Below, piece by piece: positions 11,101 through 21,947 of a stretch of 64,000 nt of DNA; the first letter of the stretch is position 1, and every line of letters starts with the position of its first letter. A model generated the notes under the pieces. It was not told the origin of the DNA. It ran no database searches and saw nothing but the letters and a program-made list of their open reading frames with translations. Origin of the DNA: Eukaryota sp. GEM-RC1 (taxonomy: Eukaryota); the NCBI GenBank assembly GCA_040285855.1, contig JAUFOQ010000001.1:2232001-2296000 (forward strand), read 5' to 3'. The position numbers and the translations under genes were made by a program.

Positions 11101-14100
11101 GTATAAGTTCATTAAAAATTTCTTCGGCTATTCGCTGTTTTTCAGGGTTAAGCCTTCTAGGAGGGCGTAATACAGTGACAGATTCATCATAAAATGGAAT
11201 TGTCATGGGTGGACAATCAATACCATCAGGATGTATGTGTTCTGAAAAGACTTGTTTGTATTTACTGAGTAGGCTCAGAAGCTCCGTTCTTCTTGTAGGA
11301 TCATCCAATTCTATCGTGCAACCAGAGTTGTCAATGGTTTCTTCAAACAGATTTATATCTAATTGAGTGTTACCGTACTGATCAATAGGAAAATGTGTTG
11401 AATGTTGATTTATTGAACATTTTGATTGAACTCTATTAATCGAAATTGATGGAGACCTCATCCTCTCATCAAATTCACTCTCTGCATTGAGAATAGTGCG
11501 ATGTTCTTTATCTAATCTAATGACTAGACCATCATCCGAAAGCAACCCCAGTTCTTCTTGCAAATCTCTACCAATGAGGAGAATTTTCGTTCCAGGAACT
11601 ACAGGTAGAGTATGCTTAACATGAATCTGGTTGGCCAAGCTGCCAACGTTGAACGTCAGAACACCAATTGCACTACCTAAGGAAGTAGCACGAATATTAT
11701 TCGCTGAGATGTATTCAATACAACTATCAGTTGTTGTCATCTCACAGTAGCGTATCAAATCTTGAGAAATTACTGAACATGATGCTGCTGAGTCAAATTC
11801 TCCTACTACTGGTACATTGTTGATTAACAATCGAATACATAAAGGACCGTTACCTTTAGTTTCGAACCCTAGGTTCTGGTTGAGACTACGAATTGTTTCA
11901 ACTGATGAAACACTTTTACCCATACTTGATTGTGTGATCAAAGTAGCCAAAGGGTTAGTGTATTTGAGTGGTGTAGTGTTTTTGTTTGAATTATGTTGTG
12001 CATTATCAATTTTGAAAATGTATCTAGGAGATTTATGATTTTTAAAACTACGAGAACGACTATCAGGACGACTATCACCAGACCTACGCTTATTGGACTT
12101 TGCATTATCCTGAGATTTACGACAATCAGGAGCATAATGGCCTTTTTGCCACATTTGAAACATTCTACATCAGTGGACTTACCATCAGAGGGTTTAGAGT
12201 ACCTCTGGTTGAAGGACTTTCTAGGAAAACGAGAATTTCCACGGGAATGGTCACGAGACCTTCTTTGAGAGTTTGAAAACGATGTCGTTGGCATCGAACG
12301 CTTGTAATCGATCCAAGCTGTCTTTACTTCACTCAAAAATTCAGGAAGCAAATGTTCATTGTTCTTTAAAGTGTGTTCCCACTTAACTTGGAGATCGTTT
12401 AGAGCAGCAATTTCTTTCTGAGGATTGAGTGTACATAACACTATGTCGGCTGAGATGCTAGCTGGGAGAAAAGTTCTACCAGTACCTAGGGAAATGGCTG
12501 TCGAACATTTTAAAATGTTGATAACAAGCTTTAGGTACCGATTCATTACAGTGGATGGATCATTAGATTGACTAAGTCTAAGATTCTTCAGATCACCCAT
12601 AGCTTGAGTAGTAGAAGTGTATTGGCTCAGGAGAACCTCAGTCTTTTTCAGTTATGTTTGAATCTGGACCTGGAACATTTAGAAGCTTCCAGTCACTCAG
12701 CAATTGACGATCAATGAATTCGGAAACACCAGTAGGATCAATCTCTAACAAAGTGAGTCTTACGAGATCAAATTTATTGATTGGAGCGATACCTAAACGA
12801 GTGTCAAAGTCTTTACGATTTGATTGTTTCCGGACATGAATTGCCCAATAACTAAATTCATGGATGAACTTAATTATGTCCTCGCGACTCTCGGATTTGA
12901 GGCAGCTGGGTCTTGATTTCTTTGAAATGGACTTTTTCTTTGTTCGATCTTTTCTTTGAGGGACACCAGACAAAATGATGGGAGTATCAGCCAAAACGTT
13001 CGGTTCTTCGTCTTCAGATGAGCTATCTTCAGACATAGAGTCAGTGACATCAGAAAGTTCTGCCAAAGGTGATTTTGATTGAGAAGTCAGATCACTTATC
13101 TCGATCGAATTTGATCGTTTAGGAGTTTTTCTACTTCTGGTCATGTGAGCAACATGATTTTTTCTATTTTGAGCAAGCTGTTCTGAGGAGAGAGCCATGG
13201 ACATAGATTCATCACAACCTTTAGCAAAGCCTTCTGGCTTACGATAAACACTTTCATGTTCTTCTAAGCTGATGAATCTTTCTTCACCACCAAATTGAGC
13301 TTCAAAATTTTGGGTAGAGATACCATCTCTAAGACCGTGTGTAAATCTATCAACCTGCTCAGGTCTGTAAACTTCACCAGGGAAGAATCTTTGAACACTA
13401 TCTAAGCCATTTAAATCAGAAAGGTTCGGAGCAAATGTAGCTTTTTCACACATAGCTTGAGAAGCTAATGGGAGTACCAATTGGGAACCACCAATTCCAG
13501 AAAAAGGTTGAACAGGGACAGAGTCAACATCTTGTGGTGAAGTTGACAAACTATCCAGAACTCTTGTCGCCGCAGGTAAATGACTATACTGATGACCAGT
13601 AGGAGCCATTCGGTACTTACAGAAACGTTGTGATATAACTTGCGTTTATTGTTCAACGAATGTAAGTACCAGGCGGAGTATTCATATGAAACTGACTGAC
13701 CATCAGCACTGAATATCTGGACTAAAGGTTCAATGATGATACCATGTCTAGGATCCCAAGAGTAGGTGGAAGGAAACCTATAAGTATCACCAGCTCTACT
13801 ATCATATAAGTCACCCAAAAACTGTTTTATGGCTTGAGGAGACGTGCCAGGAGGAACATTTTTCAGCAAGTAATGTCTTCCAGCAGGCATTCTATGACGC
13901 AAAGTGGGATGCCAGGGAGCAAATTTGGCAAGATGCCACAAGTCGTAGTCAGAGAGTGAGACACTCTGATCGTACGGACTTACAAACGGGATGAGATCGT
14001 TGGGAACTGCATCTCTATGAGGTCTAGACACATAACCGGTTTGTTGTTCTACAGCTAGAGCTCTCTCAGTCATGGAAAGATTAGCTGTTTTTTGCTGTTG

Positions 14101-14738
14101 CTCCAGAAGCTGTCGTTTTGCTTCTTCTGCCCTGGTCTTATGCTGAGCTAGGACTGTTTGAAGTTGCCTAAGGCTCTCTTCAACCTCTCTAGACAGAGGA
14201 ACTGAAGGATCAACGTTATCTTTATTTAATAAACTACTAACTAACAAGGAAGAATCAGAAACATGATGAGAGGGCAATGATGTTGGCTGAACTACAGACG
14301 AAGTAGCATTACCCACAACATTGTCTCCCGGAGTACTAGTGGTATCTGAAAAGATAACTGGGACTCCGTATTTCTCCAGAACCTTCTTGATTCCAAGAGG
14401 ATCTTCCTGTTCTGGTCCAATGGATGACTCCAAAGGACCAGGGTTGCCGCCAGACTCCGAAGAGCCCAAGGGTCTTATACCAGTCGTTTCGCCGGCTTCC
14501 GAAGAAGCCAAGGAACTTCCATCAACGTTTGAAGATGGGCTCTCGTGTGAGGAGAGACTCTCGGGTGAGGAGAGTTCGGACACAAAGTCCTCTTCATCTA
14601 CTGAGGATTCAGTAGGCACTTCGATCGGGGTGGCAGAGCTCTTCGATACTCTGGTCTTTTGACAGACCTACTTGGCTGTCTGCGGTTAGTAACTCCTTTC
14701 TTAGGAGCAGCTGTAGTAAGATTCCTCTTTTTTACCAT
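8147..14738 (-). CDS. gag-pol: Gag-Pol polyprotein of element B, about 2200 aa if four single-base frameshifts (~14660, ~13630, ~12645, ~12145) are corrected
   Basis: ATG at 14738 (MVKKRN, like MVKRRQ in element D); CFKCGKK/GHYAPDC knuckle split by a frameshift; FDSAA protease; YIDD RT; TDAS RNase H; HHCC, SDNGTEF and GPY integrase motifs; C-terminal chromodomain-like EHIVVKILD...VLWFGG..SSVP. Confidence 0.9.
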
Positions 14739-14753
14739 GAGGATAATAATTAT

Positions 14754-14844
14754 TAATACCTAAAGGTGCAAAGGGGAAGGTAAAGGGTGTTTATAAATCA
14801 AATTATACGTACTAGTAACACTTCACTAACACCTGTGGCTAACA
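14754..14844 (-). repeat. 5' LTR of element B (91 bp, TG...TA)
   Basis: Identical to 8056-8146; contains TTTATAAA. Confidence 0.95.
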
Positions 14845-14898
14845 AAAGACGGAGGCCCAGACTTCTTGTTCAGGCATTCCGCTTTCTCTGACTTTCAT
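14845..14898 (-). pseudogene. Class I SAM methyltransferase, 5' part (MKVRESGMPEQEVWASVF), separated by LTR element B
   Basis: Removing element B plus one AAAG TSD gives in-frame MKVRESGMPEQEVWASVF-DVSGILTKMEIDSD. Confidence 0.85.
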
Positions 14899-15282
14899 TA
14901 AGCGACTGTTGTGACAGGTGATGTAGACTTAGAAACTGTAGAATTGACTCTGATGACTCTGATGTGGATTCCTCTCCTTCACTCTCGCTTCCACATTTCT
15001 TGACATCAGTTCCATCATTTGGGACGTCTTTAAGTACCTGTTTTCTGTATTTCATTCCTCCCGTTTTATCTCTGTTTCCTCGTGTGATCTCTCATTCACT
15101 CTTTACTCGTGACTGTTCTTCCTTGTCTTTGTCTCTTTGTGACACTTCATGTCTTGATCGTCAGTACTCTATCACATACTTCAGGAATCCATGGTTGTTG
15201 TTCTAAGTTGTATATATAGACTTAACCGGGTAATTTTGTCTGAGTGCCTTTCGTGATCTTCTTCATTCATGTCCCTAGACTT

Positions 15283-15500
15283 GTTACGCCGTGGGATGTC
15301 TTCTCCTACTCTCTTTTGATCTTCATTCCTTTATCTGTCTCTGTATCCGCGCGTGGACTATCAATCAATCATCTCTCGTAACCACTTCATCCTTGTTTTT
15401 TGATGTCTCTTCTCATCTTTTTCGTCACTACTGTACCATTTGTTTCTGGAAATGATGTATGTTCTTCTTAATACACGCTTAGCCTTGGATTATTAACTCT
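15283..15500. repeat. Dispersed repeat; second copy at ~28414-28620
   Basis: Shared TGATCTTCATTCCTTTATCTGTCT.TGTATCCGCGCGTGGACTATCAATCAATCATCT and flanks. Confidence 0.85.
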
Positions 15501-15628
15501 ATCACATGTGTATTACTAATTAATTTTTATTGTATTCTATATGGATAGACGGTATCTGACGATCAAATACCAGATGTAAGGTAAAGACGGGGATTATCAG
15601 TAAGTCCAGGACTAAATTATTGAGTAGC

Positions 15629-15765
15629 TGACGGGTCTCGACGGGTCTCGACCGGTTGTTAAAGAATCAAAGTCGACGTGACCCAACCGAAACATTTTAA
15701 AAGGACGTCGACGTGACGTGACGTCGACGAACGTTGCGACCCGTCATGGCGAATTCCGTCAAATG
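15629..15765. repeat. CpG-rich short repeat cluster (GACGGGTCTC x2, GTCGACGTGAC), probably a DNA-transposon subterminal region
   Basis: Repeated GACG/GTCGAC motifs in both orientations within AT-rich sequence. Confidence 0.45.
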
Positions 15766-16313
15766 ACAAGTCTATTTCTCATGGTTGCCCTAAGACGATA
15801 TTACGAATATAATGAACCAATAGTCAATTCTATTGGTCCGTTATGGAGTTGTTGATTTCAGACATTAAGCATCTTTTTGAGGATATCGTGTGTTTGCTGA
15901 TCTGTAGTAGTCCGGGTTTGAATGTTTCCACTTTTATACTTTCATACTATGTACTTAAGGTTCTAATATGCACTAGTTGATCGTGGTCCGACATGAACAA
16001 TGCCTTCTTGCTGAATGATGGAGACGATGACATAGTGTGGCTGACAAGAAATTATAAAATTAAGTCTACTAATTAGCGTTAGATAAATTTAATTCTAAGC
16101 GGCTAGAATTAATTAATTATGATTAAATAAATTTTTTCGCAACACTGCAATGAATGTTGCTTTAATGATAGTTTTAATCCTAGTTTCTGTTCACTGTCTC
16201 TGTTCTATAAAATTCAAATTAAACAAACACACTACACAATGTATGTCAATAAAAATATTGTATTTTGGTGATTATAGCATTTTTAAACATCGGAAAATAA
16301 AACAGGTTAACGA

Positions 16314-17821
16314 TCAAAATTCATCCTCCGAAGACGAGCCGAGAAAATCTTTAAGTGTACCCAAACCCGCCATTTTGAGAGCAGTATTTATCTCATCAAG
16401 GTCTTTTTTCGGTACCAATTCACTAGCTATGCTGTCCCAATCCTGTATATTTGCGAGCGTCTCCAGGTGAACAACGGTAGGTTGACCTTCACTAGAACGA
16501 CCATTTTGGTTGCGACCACCGCCCCTCGTGTTTCTTTTCTCGTTCTTCTGTGGTATTTTTTCCTTCTTCATTGGGATTTCATGCCTCACATCACCGACTG
16601 GATTATGCATCGGACCGCTATATACACTAAGCAATTCGTTGGTTTTCAGTTCAGGAGATTCTTCTTCCATCTTAAAATCCTTGTACTGTTTGTGACATTC
16701 GGCAAAACTGGAATAAATTCGAAGAAGCAAAAACACTGCAAGAGCTAATGCAACAATGAATCCAAGAGCTACCAAAAATCCTAGTAAGTTGGTGACGATG
16801 GAATAAGGAGCAAGATCAGTGTCACAAAGCCGGTCAAAAATGCAATCATCGAAATACTTACGACCCAACAATCCAATTCCTCTTCCAAAGTACTCGGACA
16901 ACATAAAACCACCAAATAAATAGGTAATCAATAAGTACTGGATCCATGAGAGTCTCGACATTCGCTGAGTTTCTTCTTCTTTTTCTTCAAGTTTGTACAA
17001 CAATCTGAACCTGATACTATTCATGAGAACCAAAGCTGTCATGGCTATGGTAATTCCATGACGATCCTCAGTACCTCCCCAAATGGGAAGAGCTAACATG
17101 AACAGACCAAAGGTTTGTAAACCACAAATAAATCTATGTGCATATTTGTCGTTTTTCCACAAAATAGAAAATGGTAACAAACAAAAAGCGATAGGACTTT
17201 TTTCAAATTTGTCTGCAGTTGTTTCGTAGACTACGTTTGAATAATAAGTGAAAGGACTAATGAATACATGGAACAGTACCATACCACAGATTCCAAAAAA
17301 AGACAGGCAGGAACTGTATGAAGCTCAATAAAAGGAAGATAGTCTGGAATATGATCATTGGTGACATACTTTCCCATGCAACGTGTTCATAGATACCACA
17401 GAATCGATTTGGAACTTCCAAACATCTGGGAGACCCAAAGAATATATCATATTCACGGAACACGAGAGAAACCGGGAAGGCCAAGATGTAGCCAATGAAA
17501 TGGAAGAGAAGAATGGTGTAGTAGGGAGATAAAGCGATATAAACCACACAGAACGATAAAATAGCAAGCACTCTTAGAGAAGCCGCCATATTGCGGAACA
17601 TTTCTATGATCTTCTTCCTTCCATGGATGATAAGAAAATAGAGGAGGGACAGCGCCCAAAACATCATAAAGTTCAAGAACTTTGTGTCCTCATTTGTGAG
17701 CGAATAAAACGCTGCCACCATACCCCCCTGTTCCAGCAAGGAGCAGGACCAAATGCATTGGGAAGATGAAGGTCTTGTTAGTAGAGAAACATTGTTTGAA
17801 GAGGAACTTGAGAAATAACAT
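16314..17821 (-). CDS. Multi-pass membrane protein of unknown family (~500 aa) with a charged C-terminal tail; two homopolymer frameshifts
   Basis: ORFs 17257-17838 and 16314-17282 join by T7->T6 near 17298; an ATG at 17821 joins by G6->G5 near 17725; many hydrophobic segments. Confidence 0.7.
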
Positions 17822-18368
17822 GAATGTGATGAGACCACCGACTTGAGAAAGACAGAATCAGTGACAGAATGACCTTCTAAGATTAGATGAGCAAGTCAAG
17901 TGAAGTCAAGTGAAGTCAAGCTCATAATTACACTATAACTAAGAATTGGGCCAAACAGACAGGAGAATCATTGGGTTTTGCCTCGGTGACGACTAGAATC
18001 TGATCTGACTGAGACGGTATTTTTGTATTTTCTGTATTTTCTGTATTGTTTTAAAGGAGTGGTCTGAAACACAACAATTTGTCTTTGAAAAACTTAATCT
18101 CAGTATCAATACCTACTAGTATCAGTATTACATCATGTCTACAGACAGTACTCTTCACAAAGTCTTCCTGCATTACTATTCCTGAGTTCAACTCGACTGG
18201 TATCAGTTACTAACTCATGACATTCCGTTACACACTCTATCCATCTTCCACACACTGACAGTTTTTCACTTCCAAACACAAATCTATCGTCGGCGAAACT
18301 AAATCTCTTGTCAACTCATCCACCCCCATCTGTTCTCTAAGTCTAGTCTCTAAACTCTCAGTTACTTC

Positions 18369-18745
18369 ATTCTTCTTGACATCGAAGTCGTTCCTCCCAC
18401 TGTCAGAACTAAGATCGAACTAGCACTAACCCAAGATGAAGACGTTGGTGACGGAACAACCTCAGTCATGATCCTCGCTTCTGTACTCCTTGCCTACGCT
18501 AAACCTCTCTTCAACAGTCACCTCATCATCATCCTTGAAGATTACAACATGCTTCTCTTCATTACTCTCGCTATACTTACTTACATGAAACAACACGAAT
18601 GAGGTTTCAAACCTTGCTGAGTCTACTCTTGGTAATAAGTTTGTCTCTCGCTAAATTGTTCACTTTTACCGTTTTGCTGACGCTGTTTCACCCTAACCCG
18701 CACTATTTATGATGAATTCAACATTAAGAAGTTTATTAGAATAAG
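18369..18745 (+). pseudogene. CCT/TCP-1 chaperonin fragment (gamma-like)
   Basis: DIEVVPPTVRTKIELALTQDEDVGDGTTSVMILAS (GDGTTS ATP-binding motif); decays downstream. Confidence 0.8.
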
Positions 18746-20884
18746 TATTAAGAGAAGTTTACCTCAACCTAAACATCCACTAAGAGATTAATTGAGAATC
18801 ATCGTGTGGTTTACTGGTATTACTTGTATTTTTGTTAAATTATCCTTCAGTTCTGACATCAAATCACGATAGTGAAAGCAACTTTCTTTATTGATTTAGC
18901 TATCTTTAATATTTAGTTAGAACACTTGTTGTGTTAATTAAGGTAAGTGTATTGTGTACTCACCAAATCTTTTTGAAATCTAAATATGATTAGGTGTTCA
19001 AATCAGAAATCTATCATGGTTTAACATCGTAATTTTTTTTGCTTTGTAGTATCGTCATCAGTTTGAAAATGTTGAAGTATGCTTTGTATGAATACGAGTA
19101 AAGGAGTCACGCAGAAGAATTACAGAGACCTTCATATGCCTGAAGTTTCAGTTAGCCCTTTGCTGTCACTTCTGCTCACGTATTTAAGCTGGAGAAATCT
19201 CATAAGACTTTTGGAATTAAAGGAGCTCATTGGAGAGAATCTAAAGAACTTGTTAGACAATAAAATTAAAATAATGTGATCTTGTTCCGATTGTTTGATG
19301 TGCCGAACTGTAATATTCCATTCCACATCAGGATCTGAATCGAAGTGTTTTTTTTTCTGTTATCTGAATTCTTCCGTCTGAAAGCAGATACTCATATACT
19401 CTGCGATCGCTTGACCACAGAGTGCTTGAAATTCTCACGAATAGAAATGGGAAAGCCAATTCGTAGTCGCAAATCCAGTACAATAGTTCCTACATCATTA
19501 TCAACAACAACAATTTACTACTATTTCGAAGTGTCACAGGAGACGATCGCGAAGATGTACAGCAGCTGGACCAATATCGCTTACTGTAGGATTTTCTGCG
19601 TAAATTCTGGCCCACTTTTCCCAAGCAAAGCGATCTCAGGGGCATACTACTGAGGATTTTGAGCCATTAAATCGTCCACAGAAATGTTTCTTGCTTGAGT
19701 TGATGTTTCCTGCTTTAGAAGAGCTGCTAGGTCATTTTTCAAAACAGGAAAGCACATAGTCTTCCGGGAATTCATTTGGAGTACACCAAGTTGAGAAGTT
19801 GGATAGTTCACCTCAAAGACAGACTCCGAGTGAACAAGTGCGTTTTCAGCAGTAGCAGCAATGAGTATACAGTTCTAAAGTAATGATGATAATTGAAGGA
19901 ACAATACGGAAGAATAACTTATTTATGTTGACTTTCAATGTCGTTACTTGTCTCTTTGAAAGTTCGTTTAAGATTATTGTTTCAATGATAAATTTGTTTA
20001 ATGTAGTTGCGACCTGTTAGTTACGCAATTAACTGATTCTATAAATTTAACGTCACTTAGGCACATATCAAAATCAGTAAGAGTTAGATCAAAGTCACTC
20101 CAAAATAAGTTTGGGTGAATGAAAACCCTTCCACAGCTGTGGGGCATATAATTGCAATAAATATCTCAATTAATTGCCCTCTCATTTCTCGAACCAATTC
20201 CTTAGCTCGTATTTACTTGACAAGTCAATTTTTCTAAGCCCTGTTCTTTACAATAACACTACGGAATTGGATTGAGGAAGAGACATGTCAAATAAAAGAA
20301 CTCTTAAATGTTTTTCTTGATCTGCTGTCAAGGTAACACCTTCCATTGGAGGATAAGAAACTCTAGAAAGAACGGATTTAGTAGTAGTGGATCAGATATC
20401 AGTTTCTGTACCCAGAATGCTGTGAGTTTAAATGGTCCCGCATTGTAGATGTCGATGGCTTTTTGTAGTGACATGCTTTGTCAGAAGGACATGACTTACA
20501 TTTTCTTATGTGATTATCCTCGAGCAAAAATAAGACATGAACATCAGCTCTTGTTTTATCAAGGGAAAGGTTTAGGATTAGGACTTACAGAATGATATGT
20601 GTTCTCCACGAGCTTTGGAGAACGATATTCGACTGGCTCTTCTTAGTGAGGTTGACGTAGAATCCAATTGTCAGGTGATGACCGAGTTGTTTGCATGAAA
20701 TGGATAAACTTCATTTGTTTTCATTTCTCACTGATCTGCAATAGATGAATATAATAGATAGAGACATCTTTTAGAAATAGTGATGCATTATAACATTTTG
20801 TAACTGATTAATAATTGACAACAATATATCCAGGCATATAGTGATTTACTTTCGCTGCATTAAATATACAAAGACACAATAGTA

Positions 20885-21947
20885 CAGTCAAAACTGTTTA
20901 TAGCGTGAAACTCTATATAGCGTGAAACTCTATATAGCGTGCACTTTTCATGGTCTGACATTTTCCTCCTCTTTTTCCCATATGACGTCCTGTCTGTCGC
21001 CTCTATCAGTAGTTCTCTTTGGTAATAAACTGTCGTATTGATGGCGTTCATTCTGATAACATCTTTTGATCAGCAACTTGAAGGTGTATTACCTTCTTTC
21101 TTGACTTCACATATACCGGACATATTTCCTTTGATACCCCTGACATCCCCGTCTTAGCTGCCTCATCAACATCATCCCTTTCACATCTTGCTTATATCAG
21201 ATTATCTTTGGTGTTACAGCTTCTAACAAAAGCAACTCCTCCATCAAAACCCTGTAGGATGTTGATTGACGTACCACAAGAACTTTTTTATCTAGCAACC
21301 CTCCATACTCTCCAAAAGAGTTCCCTAAAAGAGCATAACACATGGTCTAAACCAACGCTATAACGTAGACGTAGACGGAAGATATATTTATGATAAACAA
21401 CCTTATTGAATCGTGTTTATGGGGAGAACCAACAAGAAACTATACAGAACTACCATGAAGCCAAAGAACAAACCCAAATTGATAGGGAAATAGAAGGGGT
21501 GATGGAAGATGTAGATCCGTTCTCATAGTATCTGGAGATGTATCACTCTAACTACTCAGAAAGGAGGGTGATAAAACGTACCTAGGCAGATACTTGGAAG
21601 ATGAATCATGTCATCATAGGTTGAAGCGAGATGATCATGTCTCTTCTTCACTCTTTCATGTCCAAAAATGATCAGAATGAAGTTAGTCCACTGAAACTTT
21701 CGTATCTGGATGATTTCTTGAATTCCGTTCAAAATATTTACCACCCAGATTTTAGTCTTGTCCATTCTTTCTTCTCATCCCATGTAGTTATGTCCACGAT
21801 ATGGATATTTGGATGACCCATAGTTTGTTCTTTCTAGATCTTCTTGAAATAAACACTCATTGTTGAGAATGGAGCTGCACAGTGCGTTTATTCTATATAG
21901 TGGGAAACAAACTGTACATATAGTCCCGCTATAATCAGTTTTGACTG
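20885..21947. mobile_element. Non-autonomous Tc1/mariner-pogo-type element (1063 bp)
   Basis: 21-bp TIRs CAGTCAAAACTG(T/A)TTATAGCG with 1 mismatch; flanking TA on both sides; subterminal 18-bp tandem TATAGCGTGAAACTCTA. Confidence 0.85.

Larger units (their letters stand above)
8056..14844 (-). mobile_element. Full-length Ty3/gypsy chromovirus-like LTR retrotransposon B (6789 bp)
   Basis: Identical 91-bp LTRs; 4-bp TSD AAAG (8052-8055, 14845-14848); gag-PR-RT-RH-IN order; polypurine tract next to the 3'LTR. Confidence 0.97.

Noticed and set aside
12138..12152. Programmed -1 gag/pol frameshift at AAAAAG in element B
   Set aside because: It falls in the middle of the CCHC knuckle within an A-run, and the same element has three other single-base shifts; an indel or consensus error is more likely
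8253..14662. Short plus-strand ORFs antisense to element B, and similar shadow ORFs elsewhere
   Set aside because: Antisense or alternate-frame shadows of real coding regions with no independent motifs
20250..20720. pogo-like transposase remnant on the minus strand (DIYNA..FW)
   Set aside because: Only one weak motif; too degraded to support
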